This document shows, one piece after another, positions 1 through 11,582 of a DNA stretch of 64,000 nucleotides; position 1 is the stretch's first letter, and every line of letters starts with the position of its first letter. The notes below the pieces were generated by a model. It searched no databases. It was not told the DNA's origin and saw only the letters and a program-made list of their open reading frames with translations. The position numbers and the translations under genes were made by a program. The stretch is from Mobula hypostoma (taxonomy: Eukaryota): NCBI RefSeq assembly GCF_963921235.1, contig NC_086108.1:108254001-108318000 (forward strand), read 5' to 3'.

Positions 1-135
1 CACCTGATAAGAGATATGGGCAGTCCAGGTGAGGTCAGCCGAGATGTGGACGCCAAGGAACTTGAAACTCTCTACTCTCTCCACCTCTTTCCCGTATATG
101 TGCAGAGCAGAGTGCTCGACGCGCTTTCATTTCCT
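1..135 (-). mobile_element. Rex1/Babar-type LINE reverse transcriptase fragment
   Basis: Minus strand reads FKFLGVHISADLTW, same motif class as 59985..60398. Confidence 0.55.
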
Positions 136-145
136 GAGATGGAAA

Positions 146-500
146 ACCATAAGACTATAAGTTATAGGACCGGAATTAGCTATTTGGCCCATTAAGTCTG
201 ATCCGCCATTTCATCATGACTGATTCACTTCCCTCTCAGCCCAATCTCTTGCCTTCTCCCCGCATTCCTTTAAGCCCTGACCAATCAAGAACCTATCAAC
301 CTCAGCTTTAAATATTCCAAATTACTTGGGCTCCACAGCCACCTGTGGTCATGACTTACACAGATTCACCACTCTCTAGATAAAGAAATACCTCCTCATC
401 CTTTCCAAATGGACACCCCTCTATTCTGAGGCTGTGTCCTCTTGTCCTATACCTCCCCCCCTCCCCCCCCCCACCACACCCCACCTTAGGAAACATAGGA
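146..500 (-). mobile_element. CR1 LINE 3' end
   Basis: Reverse complement of the CR1 tail seen throughout (cagagggtggtgaatctgtggaa...tcagccatga...cctaattc...tatggt). Confidence 0.65.
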
Positions 501-649
501 GGGTAAGATAGAGAGACGTTTCCACTTTTCAACACTTGACTGTTAGTTTTATTCAGAGGGTAGCAGGTGCTGAATTTCTTCAGTGGATAGTTTTCTCAAT
601 GGTTAGGAAAGGAACCGTAGTTTGGCACTCTTGGTTAGGAGTTTGTTGA

Positions 650-1140
650 TGCCCAGGATTGGCTCTGGGCCTGTACACGCTGGATTTGAGAAGAATGAGG
701 GGGACCTCATTGAAACATAATGAATATTGAAAGGGCCAGATCAGGAGTTCCCAACCTGGAGTCCACAGACCCTTTGATTAGTGGTAAAGGTCTGCGGCAT
801 AAAAAAGGTTGGGAACTTTGGCCTAGGTAGAGTGGATATAGAGAGTATGTTTCCTATAGAGACCAGAGGGCACAGCCTCAGAATACAAGGACGTCCCTTT
901 AAAACAGAAATGAGGAGGAATTTCTTTAGCCAGAGGGTGAGGAATTGGTGAAATTCATTGCCACTGATGGCTGTGGTGATCAAGTCATTGGATACATTTA
1001 AAATGGAGGTGATCGGTCCTTGATTAGTAAAATTACAGGGAGAATGGTTTGAGAGGGATAGTAAATCAGCCATGATAGTACGATGGAGCAGACTTGGTGA
1101 GCCGAAAGGCCTAATTCTGCTCCTATGTCTATGGTCTTAT
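650..1140 (+). mobile_element. CR1 LINE 3' end interrupted by an 80-bp hAT MITE
   Basis: Encodes the degenerate RRMRGDLIET...TRGHSLRI...RNFFSQRV CR1 ORF2 C-terminus and 3' tail. Confidence 0.75.
742..820. mobile_element. Short hAT (Charlie-like) MITE; related copies at 3246-3324, 28560-28637, 37443-37523, 51667-51736
   Basis: Termini CAGG(G/A)GTTCCCAACC...GGTTGGGAAC; shared internal accattaa/ggcataaaaaagg; the 51667 copy has a perfect 8-bp TSD ATCTAGGC. Confidence 0.7.
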
Positions 1141-3009
1141 TAGCCAAGGAATGAGGCTTGTTCTTGTAGAGATCTTATCCCCTTTCTCCATTGATAGCCT
1201 GATGAGGAGTGAGACAGGTGGGAAATATAAATAGGCAGGTGTGGTTTAAAAATAGTCTGGCACTATCCGCAAGATGGTCCCAGCTGGTCGAGGAGGAAGG
1301 TGACCTTTGCACCAGAGAACTGTAAAAGGTTTGTGATATCCGTGAGCTGCAGATTCCCTGCATGCCGAAGTCCGGGTTTGTGTCGCTGCTGCAGAGATTT
1401 GTTGTGCTTTTCTGAATGCTTGTCAGCCCTTCTGGCCCAGTTCATAATTGATGCAAACTATCACTGGGGTCATGCCAGTCACAAACCCAAACTCAATAGA
1501 GAAGGAAAATGTGCAAGGCAGACATTTCAAGGGCTCTGAGCTTGAAGGAACATCGTTGCAATTTGCCCTGAAGTCTTCAGAAGGGCATCTGAGTTGCCTC
1601 TAAAAAAAAGGCACAACTTTCTGGAAGATATCTTCAACAGACCTTGAGGTTATCAATGTAAAGCTTAATTGGAGGTTGAATTAAGACAAAATGTCTGAAA
1701 TCTGACCTGCAAAGTGCACATTTGGGTCAATTATTTTGCATTTTGAATCAGTAGCAGTGGAAACTGGTCTTTCAATTGAAATTAATCTGAAAAAAAGTAT
1801 CAGTTCTAATGCAGCGTCTTAATGTCCCTTCACCACCTTGGCCCTCTGAGTTTCTCCAGTGGTCTGTTTATTGATGGAAAATAATACTCGATTGATGATC
1901 ATCACTTCCAGGCTAATTGGAACAGGAGTCCTGGTGTTGAGGGAGATGCTGTCACAACCACGGACACGCTGCAGAGTCTGGCTGCCCTTACAGGCGGGCA
2001 GCTGAGAGAGTATGCCAATCATGAACATCAGAATGCCCTCATTCCAGCCAATTAGAATTTCTTTCTCACTGTATTTAACCTGCTTCAACACGCACAAAAT
2101 GCTGGAGGAACTCTGCAGGCCAGGCAGCATCTATGGGAAAGAGCACAGTCGACGTTTCGGGCTGAGACCCTTCAGAATGACAGGCCTGCTCGCTTCATTG
2201 TATTTCAATCTTGTCAAACCTTTATTGAAGAACAGCGATGACAATACTCCCTGCTTTCCATAGTCCATGTTCCAGGAAAGAAGAAAAGTGATTGAGATAG
2301 ACCCTGTTAAAGGAGAGATATTAATGTCTTCTTGGTTACTGCTTTCGCGCTGCAGTGACTTTAGTTAGTTTGAGAGTTTTAATTAGTGGCCCTGTTTGCC
2401 TAGAGTTTATGATTTACCTTTTGTTTTGTACAGTTCTTATTAAAACTCACTGAACTGTTCATTCATGTTGCGTCCCTCCCTCTGTGCTTGGGCCATCACT
2501 GAACTCCTGTCAGCAGGCCATGTGAGCTGCTGTCGGAAGAAGGGCCTTGTACACGTGTTGTCATGGAACTTGGAGAAGTGACACGGAAGGTTGTACACTG
2601 CAACAGTGAGCTGTTGGTCTCCCGCACCCATTTGTTGCACGAGTGACCTCTCTCTCCCTCGCTAGCGAAGGAGAGCCTGTCTCAGATACCAAAGTGTTGG
2701 GATGGACTGTAGTTTTTCGATGGGCTCTGTCAAGGTCTCTTTGAGGGCTTTGCTATTGCTTCTGCTGGAGCAAGTGTGGGGAGGGGAAGGGAGATGGTTA
2801 ATACTCTTGCTACTGCTTGTGCATGGGGGAGGGGAGGGGGCTTTGGGGTTCTGAAATATCTGTCATTCATTCTTTGAGTTTTTTTCTGTTTTGTGGATGT
2901 CTGTGAAGAATAAGAACTTCGGGTTGTATACTGTATGCTTTCTTGGATATTAAATTGAACTATTGAAATCGTCATTGGATAAAACACATCACCCAGGAAG
3001 ACTACAACT

Positions 3010-3540
3010 AAATTGCTGGGTGCCATCATCAAGAATGAAAGTTGCTCCCTTTGGTTCACAAAGCAAAGGCTTAAAATAAGAAGAGTGCTTGATGTCCCTG
3101 GTCCTGTATCTATGGCGTTCAAAAGAATGCGGTGGGATCTCATTGAAACCTACTGCATACTGAAAGATCCAGACAGAGTCGACGTATTGAGGACTTTTCC
3201 TAAAGTGGGAGAGTTTAGGACCAGAGGGCATACCTAGAATAAATCAAGGGTTCCCAACCCTTTTTATACCATGGACCAATACCATTAAGCTAGGGGTCTG
3301 TGAACCCCATGTTGGGAACCCCTGGAATAGAGGGACGTCCCTTTAGAATGGAGATGAGATGCAATTTTGGGTGGTGAATCTGTGGAATTCATTGCCACAG
3401 ATGGCAGTAGAAGCCAAGCCATTGGGTGTATTTAAGGCAGAGATTCATAAATTCTGGGGGAGAAGATGGGAGAATGGGATTGAAGAAGAATCAACTATGA
3501 CTGAATGTTGGAGCAGGCCCAATGGTACTCTACTGTTGTT
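3010..3540 (+). mobile_element. CR1 LINE 3' fragment with MITE insertion
   Basis: ORFs 3013..3237 (KRMRWDLIETY...RTRGH) and 3359..3574 (VVNLWNSLPQ). Confidence 0.7.
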
Positions 3541-4444
3541 GGGAATTTGCTTCCGTCCACATTCCAGGCAATGAGCTTCAGATCGTGGCTTCTTCATTTT
3601 CCTGATGCTCACTTAATCAACCATCTTAGAGTCCTAGAACAGTACAACAAAGAATCAGGCTCTTTGGCCCATCCAATCCATGCTAGCCACAGTGCCCACC
3701 CAGCTAGTTTGCTGCACTATGTATTTTCCCAAATACTTCTTAAATGATACTATTGTACCTGCCTTAATCACTTGCTCTAACAGCTCATTCCATGAAGTCA
3801 TCGCCCTCTGGGTGAAAGATTTGCCCCTCAGCTCCCTTCTCTTGAACCAACAGGGAATAATTTCACTTGCCCCATCACCGAACGGTTCCTATAACTGATA
3901 GACTCAGGTCTGTTCATCTCATGTTCTCAATATGAATTTCTCATCTATTTATTATTATTTTTCTCTTCTTTTGTATTTGCATGATTTGTTGTCTTTTGTA
4001 CATTGTTTGTTTGTCCATCCTGTGGGTACAACCTTACATTGATTCCTTTGTTTTTCTTGGATTTATAATGAATGCCTGCGAGAATACAAATCTCAGGGTT
4101 GTGTATGGTGACATATATGTACATTGATACGACATATATGTACATTGCTTGCTGCTTTGAACTTTGAAGTTTTAAACTTTTAAGTCTTTTTCCTGTCACT
4201 GTAACCCTATGCTCCCTAGCTTTAGACTTCCCTGCCCTGGGGAAAGGAGTGTGACTATCCGCGTTATCTATAACTCTCATAATAATTTTCTACAAGGTCT
4301 CCCATTATTCTCCTACATTCCAAGACAAAAAGACTTGGTCTGGCCAAGCTCTCCTAAAATCTCAAGCCTTATAGACCTGGAAAAGTTCCCCAAAAATTTT
4401 TTTCTGCACTCTTTTCAGTTTAACCTCCTCTTTCCTATGATTGG

Positions 4445-4860
4445 ATGACCAAACCTTACAAGGAAAGGTTGAGCAAGCTGGGGCTTTTCTCTTTCGAGAG
4501 AAGGAAGATGAGATGTTTCTCGATAGAGGTTTTCAAGATGATAAGAGGCATATGGACAGCCAGAAATCTTTTCCTGGGCTGGAAATGGCTAATACGAGGA
4601 GGCATTATTTTAAGGCATTTAGAGGAATGTATAGGGAGGATGTCAAAGATAGGTTCTTTACAGAGAGTGGTGTCTGTGTGGAATGTCCTGCCAGGGATGA
4701 TGTTAAATACATTAGTGGCATTTAGGAATCTCTTAGATGGGCACATGGATGAAAGAAAAGTGGAGGGCTGTGTGAGAAGGATAGGTTGATGTTGGAGTCG
4801 TTTAAAGGGTCAGCACAACTTTGTGGGCAGAAGGGCCTCAACTGTGCTATACATGTTCTA
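4445..4860 (+). mobile_element. CR1 LINE 3' fragment
   Basis: ORF 4445..4789 YKERLSKLGLFSFERRKMR...QRVVSVWNVLP; tail ends atgttcta. Confidence 0.75.
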
Positions 4861-4930
4861 AAACTATATTCTGTACTTCCCAATGTAGCCTCATGTTCTA
4901 AAACTATATTCTGTACTTCCCAATGTAGCC
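4852..4930. repeat. 40-bp tandem duplication
   Basis: catgttctaaaactatattctgtacttcccaatgtagcc occurs at 4852 and 4892. Confidence 0.9.
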
Positions 4931-5864
4931 CCATTAACAATTTGTTCAATTACAACATAATTTCCCAACTCCTATACTCAGTGCCCTGACTCATGAAGGT
5001 CAGCCTGCTAAATGCCTTTGTCACCAGCATTTCAACCTGTGACACTGTTTTCAATACACAAAGTCCAAAGTTAATGTATTACCAAGCATCATATACTACC
5101 TTGGGATTCATTTTCTTGCAGGACTTACAGGAAAAATAAATAAATACAACAATATGCATAAACAATGACTGATAAATAACAAATGTTCAAAAGAAAACAA
5201 ATCATCCAAATAATTTTTAAAAAAGTAAATATATATTACTGAGTTCTAGTGTCCCTGAAAGTGAATCTATAGATTGTAGGATCAGTTCAGTATTGAGGTG
5301 AGTGAAGTTATCCACGCTGGTTCAGGAGCCGGATGATTGTAGGGTTTATACTGTCCCTGAACTCTTCTGTTTCAAGATGAATTTGGATAGGTACGTGGAT
5401 GGGAGGGATATACTTCGGGTGCAGGTCAATAGGACCAGGAAGAATAATAGCTTGGCACACACTAGATGGGCCAAAGGGCCTTTTCTGTGCTGTAGTATTT
5501 TATGACTCTCTGATTATCTGCCTCCTCTGGTTCCTGACTTCCTGCCTGAGAAACACACTGTTTCCATAATGATTCCATTAAAACCTCTCAGAATGTTGCA
5601 GGCCCCTGCTAAATCCCCTCTTGACATTCTCAGAACACAGCCAGCCACCAGAAAATATAACTGGCCCAAGGTGCTGTAAATGTGTCACAGCGGTAAGTCC
5701 TGGCAATGCAATGAGGTTGTTGAATTGCTGTATTTTTTATTACTGACTGCTTCTGAAGGTCTTTGCACGATCTGCAGTTCCTTCAGCTGCCCCCCCCCAT
5801 TCAATGTTTATCTTTGTTTAGCATTGTGTTTGAAAAAGAACTATAACTTCACTCTGCAATTATC

Positions 5865-6198
5865 ATGTAGCAACACGTACAAAACGTTGGAGGAACAGAG
5901 TAGGTCAGGCAGCATCTACAGAGAGAGAGAGATGAACAGTTGAGACCTTACGTAGACTCTTCATCAGGACTGGAAAGGGAAAGGAAGGGGGCAGAAGTCA
6001 GAATGAAATGTTGGAGAAGGGGAAGGAGTATGAGCTGGAGGTGATGGGTGAGTCCAGGTGAGGAGGAAGGTGGGTGGGATGAAGTAAGAAGTTGGGAAGG
6101 GATAGGTGAAAGAGGTAAAGGGCTGAAGAAAAGGATTGGATAGGAGAGGGCAGTGGTAGGAGATGGGGAATCGAGGGAGATGATGGGCAGGTCATGAG
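5865..6198 (-). mobile_element. Penelope terminal-repeat fragment, split by a hAT insertion and resuming at 8692-8840
   Basis: Same purine-rich terminal repeat as other copies; continues after GTCATGAG at 8692. Confidence 0.7.
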
Positions 6199-6459
6199 CA
6201 ATGTTCCCTCTAATTTTTAGAGGTCAGTGTGCGCAAAAATCTTATGTTGTGCAAATTTTCTTCCTGTGACAAAAGTATGTGCTCACTGAATGCACACATG
6301 GCACAGTTTATGTAGGTTTACAAAATATTTGACATAAAACTGCACAGAGTAACAACAAAACAACTATTTAAGTCAGTTATTTTTTTCTCTTTCCTGTCTT
6401 TGGCATTTACCCATTCTTTGTAAACTTTATCTAGACTAATAGAACTTCCATCCAATTGA

Positions 6460-7099
6460 TATGGTCTTACTCTCAAAAGGTATTTCACATTTAAAGATGT
6501 CTTGTAGGCCATTATGTATCCCATTCCAATAGTCTTTGATAACAGGACATTCCCAGAAAATATGATAATAGTTTGCAGTTTGATTTCCACTATTTCTCCA
6601 GCAAACAGGGGGGCTATATATTTTGGGTATATACCTCAAGAATGGTTGAAAAGAGATAAATATTTAATGAATGTACTGCTGGTGGCTGGTAAAAAGACCC
6701 TTACCAGGAAATGGTTATCACAGGAAAGCCCAACTCTAAATGTATGGATTGAAATTACAATGGATATTTACAAAATGAAGATAACAGCATCTGTTAATCA
6801 TAAGTTGGAACAATTTTATTCATACTGGAAAAAATGGTTTAACTACATAACACCTCATAGGCCTGATTTTATTCTCACAAGTCAATGAATATGTTGTAAA
6901 AAAAAAAGATCACTCCCTATTTTGTACATAGTTTCCTTCTTTCGATTGTTCTTTCTTTCCTCTCCTTTCTATCAGAAAAAATATTATGTGGAGATTTGTG
7001 ACAAATATGATTATATAATATGTATGTACAGTATCTGAAATACATCTTATGGAAATGTTTGATAATGAAATTCAATAAAAAATAAATAACAAAAAAAAA
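6460..7099 (+). mobile_element. L1-clade LINE 3' end with 5' inversion
   Basis: Zinc-knuckle-like CWRN...HIFWECP on minus (about 6460-6614) continues as IYFGYIP...RKW...W on plus (6616-6888); AATAAA and A-rich tail 7074-7099. Confidence 0.75.
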
Positions 7100-7262
7100 G
7101 ATAAAGTAAAACTTGGACAGATATATGGATGAGAGGTGTATGGGGGGATATGGTCCAGGTGCTGGTCAGTGGGACTAGGCAGAAAAATGGGTCAACACAG
7201 CCAAGAAGGGCCAAAGGCCTGTTTCTGTGCTGTGATGTTCTATGGTTCTATGATAGCTTTTG

Positions 7263-8402
7263 ATTCCTCCATTTCTGCCGCATCTGCTCCGAGGATGAGG
7301 TTTTCCGTTCCAATGAAATGAGGACATCTCAAATGTCCTCTTTCTTTGAGGATCGTGGTTTCCCTTCTGCTGTCATTAATGATGCCCTTACCCACATCGC
7401 CTCCATTTCCCGCACTTCGGCTCTCACCCCATCCTCCCGCCACCACAACAGGGACAGAGTTCCCCTTGTCCTCACCTACCACCCCACTAGCCTCCGGATC
7501 CAACACATTATCCTCTGCAACTTCCGCCACCTTCAACAGGACCCCACCACTAAGCACATCTTTCCCTCTCCACCCCTCTCTGCTTTCTGCAGGGATCGGT
7601 CCCCCTGCGACTCCCTGATCCACAAGTCCATCCCCATGGATCTCCCACCTGGCACTTATCCCTGTAAGTGTAAGTGCTACACCTGTCCCTACACTTCCTC
7701 TCTTGCCACCATTCAGGGCCCCAAACAGTCCTTCCAAGTGAGGCAACACTTCACTTGTGAGTCTGTTGGGGTCATCTATTGCATCCGGTGCTCCCGGTGC
7801 GGCCTCCTCTACATCGGTGAAACCCGACGCAGATTGGGGGACCGCTTCGTTGAGCACCTCCGCTCCGTCCACCTGAACAGACAGGATCTCCCGGTAGCCA
7901 CCCACTTCAACTCTGCTTCCCACTCCCATTCAGATATGTCCATACATGACCTCCTCTACTGCCATGATGAGGGTCAACTCAGGTTGGAGGAGCAACACCT
8001 TGTATACCATCTAGGTAGTCTCCAGCCCCTTGGTATGAACATAGAATTCCCCAACTTCCGGTAATTCCCTCCCCCTCCCTTCCCCTATCCCTATGTCACT
8101 CTGCCCCCTCCCCCAGCTGCCTACCTCCTCCCTCATGGTTCCACCTCCTTCTTCTACTACCCATTATGTTTTCCCCTATTCTTTCTTCACCTTTCCTGCC
8201 TATCACCTCCCTGCCTCCCTTCCCCCACCCCTTTATCTCTCCCCTTACTGGTTTTTCACCTGGAACCTACCAGCCTTCTCCTTCCCACCCTCCCCCCACC
8301 TTCTTTACAGGGCCTCTGCCCCTTCCCTCTACAGTCCTGACGAAGGGTTCCGGCCCGAAACGTCGACCGATCTTTTCCACTGATGCTGCCCGACCTGCTG
8401 AA
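7263..8402 (+). mobile_element. Penelope-like retroelement 3' part: RT thumb/linker, GIY-YIG endonuclease and terminal repeat
   Basis: Open ORF 7318..8064 with VPLVLTYHP, Cys cluster, VIYCIRCSRCGLLYIGETRRRLGDRFVEH, HF, LEEQ, GMN; followed by pyrimidine-rich repeat with hammerhead. Confidence 0.92.
8332..8369 (+). ncRNA. Minimal hammerhead ribozyme motif at 3' end of Penelope element
   Basis: CAGTC-CTGACGA-aGGG(ttccgg)CCC-GAAA-CGTC^GACCG; core intact, helix I 4/5. Confidence 0.72.
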
Positions 8403-9798
8403 AACTTTAACTTTGTCACTCCACGAAACATTGTCTCCCAGATCCCGGAACAGGATAGGTGAGGTGACGTAAATTAGTGACGTGCATTGTGGTATTTGAA
8501 AACCGACTAACTAGTTAACAGATTCATTTAGCTGAAAGATTATTTTCAATATGTATAATTATCAATTACTACATTATGTTAGGTAACTAACCTCTTGTGC
8601 GTACATTAATTTCTCTGGTTGAAAAAATGTGTGTTGGTTGAAAAAATGTGTGTGCGCGCGTGCACACGCTCACAGCTTAGAGGGAACATAGGTCATGAGG
8701 TCAGGGGAGAGGAAGAGAAGGGGTGAGAAAGCTACCAGAATGTGGGAAAACAGGGAGTGGGGGGAACAGAGGGGAATGGTTAGAAAAATCAATGTTCATG
8801 CCAACACATTGAAGACTACCCCGGCAAAATATGAAATATTACTCTTTTATTCCCCTCTATTGATGCCTCCCAACCTGCTGAGTTCCTCAGGCATTTAATG
8901 TGTGCTGCTCTGGAAAACAAAATATTATGTGCAAAAAAAAAATCCCATAATCAGAAACAAGTCCATGGTAGTGCAGGAAGTGGACCTGACTGCACGGACT
9001 TCCGATCCCAGACCTTACCGACTTAGGGGCCTCACTGACCTAGAGGGTCACCAGCTCTCATCCACACGGCCTGCTGACCTCAGTCATTGACTACGGGGTT
9101 CACTGATCCTTGACTACTGCGCCTACTGACCTGACATCCATTCATGGGGTTTGCTGGCCTTCGATGCTGCCTGACCTGCTGAGTTCCTCGAACATTGTGT
9201 ACGTGCGTGCCGCTCGAGATTTTCAGCATCTGCAGAATCTTTTGTGTCTCTAATTTATAACGGAGCACTCTGGAAGACTGCAGATGTGGCCTCATACTGT
9301 GCGGTTCCTATGACTTGAAACGTCCTTGTGACCACTTTCTATTGTGCTCAGTCGCTTCTAGTAACCAGCCCTGATAACTCCATGGGCTCCCTCTGCTTAC
9401 GGATCCACTGTGACTGTGTATGTGCTTGCAATGCACGGAGGAGAGTTATTTCACCAGAGCGAGCAAATTGCAGGCCAAGTGTTATCAGCTTTTTTTTCAC
9501 AAAGACACTCACGGGGAAATTGAAGTTTGATTGAGTCTGTGTGGTGGGAGTTCTGACAAGGGTGACACTTCCCTGTTGATCGTAATCACAGCTCGGTTGG
9601 TGTTAGTGCATCAACACTCGTCTTCGCAGTTTCTCCCCTCAGTAAATTACAGCCTGATTTCAGTACATAATGTCCTGGCAAGAACAGCATAATATGTTAG
9701 TGATCCCGACAAGTCAATAAACGTGAAGCATTTTTGTTCAATTAATGGATTTTTGTCCCAGCAAAAGCAAATGCCAAACAGATTGCAGCATTAAGATA

Positions 9799-10555
9799 CA
9801 CTAAGTGGCCACTTTATTGGGTACACTCTGCTCATTAAAGCAAATATCTAAACAGCCAATCATGGCAGCAACTCAATGCAGAAAAGCATGCAGACATGGT
9901 CAAGAGGTTCAGTTGTTGTACTGATGAAATATCAGAATGGTGAAGTAGTGTGATCAATATGTATTGCTTTATTTGCTGGTAATGACAAATTAATTACACA
10001 CAGTGGCCACTTTTACCTCCTGTACCTAATAAAGTGGCAAATGAGTGTATCTTTGCATTCTGCTGCTGCTGTAGCCCATCCACTTCGAGGTTCAATGTGT
10101 TGTGCGTTCAAAGATGCTCTTCTGCATATCACTGTTGTAACGTTTTGATATTTGAGTTACTATCACCTTCCTGTCAGATTGAACCAGTCTGGCTATTCTC
10201 TTCTGACCTCTCTCAGCAACAAGGTATTTTCACCCACAGAACTGCCACCCACTGGTTTTTTTTTTGTTTCTAACACCATTTTCTGTAAGTTCTAGAGACT
10301 GTTGTGTGTGGAAAATCCCAGCAGTTTCTGAGATACTCAAACCACCCTGTCTGGCAATCAGCAATCATTTCACGGTCAAACTCACTTAGATCACATTTCT
10401 TTCCCCATTCTGATGTTTGGTCTGAACAACAGCTGAAGCTTTTGGCCGTGTCTACATGCTTTTATTCATTGAGTTGCTGCCACATGATTGACTGATCAGA
10501 GATTTGCATTCAGGAGTAGGTGTACAGGTGTACCTAATAAAGTAGCCACTGAGTG
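9799..10555. mobile_element. Non-autonomous Tc1-type elements: partial copy 9799-9955 and inverted copy 9997-10555
   Basis: TA|CACT(C/A)AGTGGCCACTTTATT termini and ...AATAAAGTAGCCACTGAGTG|TA; internal sequence matches 16897-17425. Confidence 0.75.
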
Positions 10556-10841
10556 TATATAATTTGCTTTTTGAATTGTTTGCTGAGTATTCCTAGCAGT
10601 TGTTTCAGTTCATTGGGATTCTACCCGATCATTGAGGCATGACTGTCTGTTCTCCAAGAGTCTTTTCTTCTTGTCTGTATTGCTTTATTTGCTCATACTG
10701 ACTAATGTAATATTAATTAAGTATTTTGAGCTATTGATCGGGCTATCTTGTAGTGTAGCAAAGCCTGCTGTCTCTTCACTGTAATTTCTGGATTTGGACT
10801 TCAGGAAGTAAATGAATAATTTCATGTGCCCTCTGTTACAG

Positions 10842-10951
10842 GTGCAACAACCGAACACAGTGCATTGTGATCACAGGATCTGATGTGTTTCCGGACCCTT
10901 GCCCTGGAACGTACAAGTACCTTGAGGTTCAATATGAATGTGTACCCTACA
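10842..10951 (+). CDS. ADGRL2: Latrophilin-2 internal exon, C-terminal half of the rhamnose-binding (SUEL) lectin domain
   Basis: ctctgttacag|G...TACA|gtaagt; 110 nt, phase 2 to 1; translates [36 protein letters not shown], the latrophilin lectin motif. Not in the ORF track in this frame. Confidence 0.95.
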
Positions 10952-11046
10952 GTAAGTATTCACCCTTCAGACTCGTCCACACTCCCTATACCTGCAGTGG
11001 GCTTGCAAGGACATGCGTCCTTAATTAGACACATAAGAAATAGAAG

Positions 11047-11480
11047 GTGGCAGGGTACCAGAGCGGTTAGCGCAATGTTTTAATCACCAGCGAGCACCAA
11101 TCGGGGTTCAATTCCCGCCGCTGTCCGTAAGAAGTTTGCACGTTCTCCCTGTGACGACATTCCTACGGGTGCTCCAGTTTCCTTCCACGTTCCAAGGACC
11201 TACCAGTTAGGGTTAGAGAGTTGTGGGCATGTTATTTTGGCGTCAGTTGAAGCATTTACCAGCGCATCCTGGATCGTGTTGGTTGTTGACACAAACAGTA
11301 CTTGTTTCTCAGTGCTCTCTCAAAGCTTGTTTTGGTGTTTCAGTGTACATGTGGCAAATAAAGCTTTAATCTTGTGGTCATGCTATGTTGGCACAGGAAG
11401 CACGGTGATAATTGCTGGCTTCAGCCATCACATCTCGGACTGTGTTGGTTATTGATGCAAATGACAAATTTCACTCTGTG
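11047..11480 (+). mobile_element. tRNA-derived V-SINE (HE1-like)
   Basis: Box A/B-like head (gcggttagc...ggttcaattccc) and V-domain gggtgctccagtttcc...ccaa. Confidence 0.65.
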
Positions 11481-11582
11481 TTTTGGTGTAGATGTGAAAC
11501 GGGAGTGAACCTTTGGAATTCTCTACCCTCGGGTGGTGGAGGCCAGATCATTGGGTATATTGGAGGTGGAGATAGATACATA

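Larger units (their letters stand above)
6199..8691 (-). mobile_element. hAT-superfamily DNA transposon remnant with nested insertions
   Basis: TIR CAATGTTCCCTCTAA / TTAGAGGGAACATAG (14/15), perfect 8-bp TSD GTCATGAG at 6191-6198 and 8692-8699; possible transposase C-terminus LDKVYKEWVNAKDRKEKK on minus at about 6380-6460. Confidence 0.85.

Noticed and set aside
7240..7929. 229-aa minus-strand ORF
   Set aside because: Antisense shadow of the Penelope GIY-YIG ORF.
1..10841. Upstream ADGRL2 exons (signal peptide, first lectin half) or promoter
   Set aside because: No RRELSCEGY-type coding motif or CpG island found; presumably outside the window.
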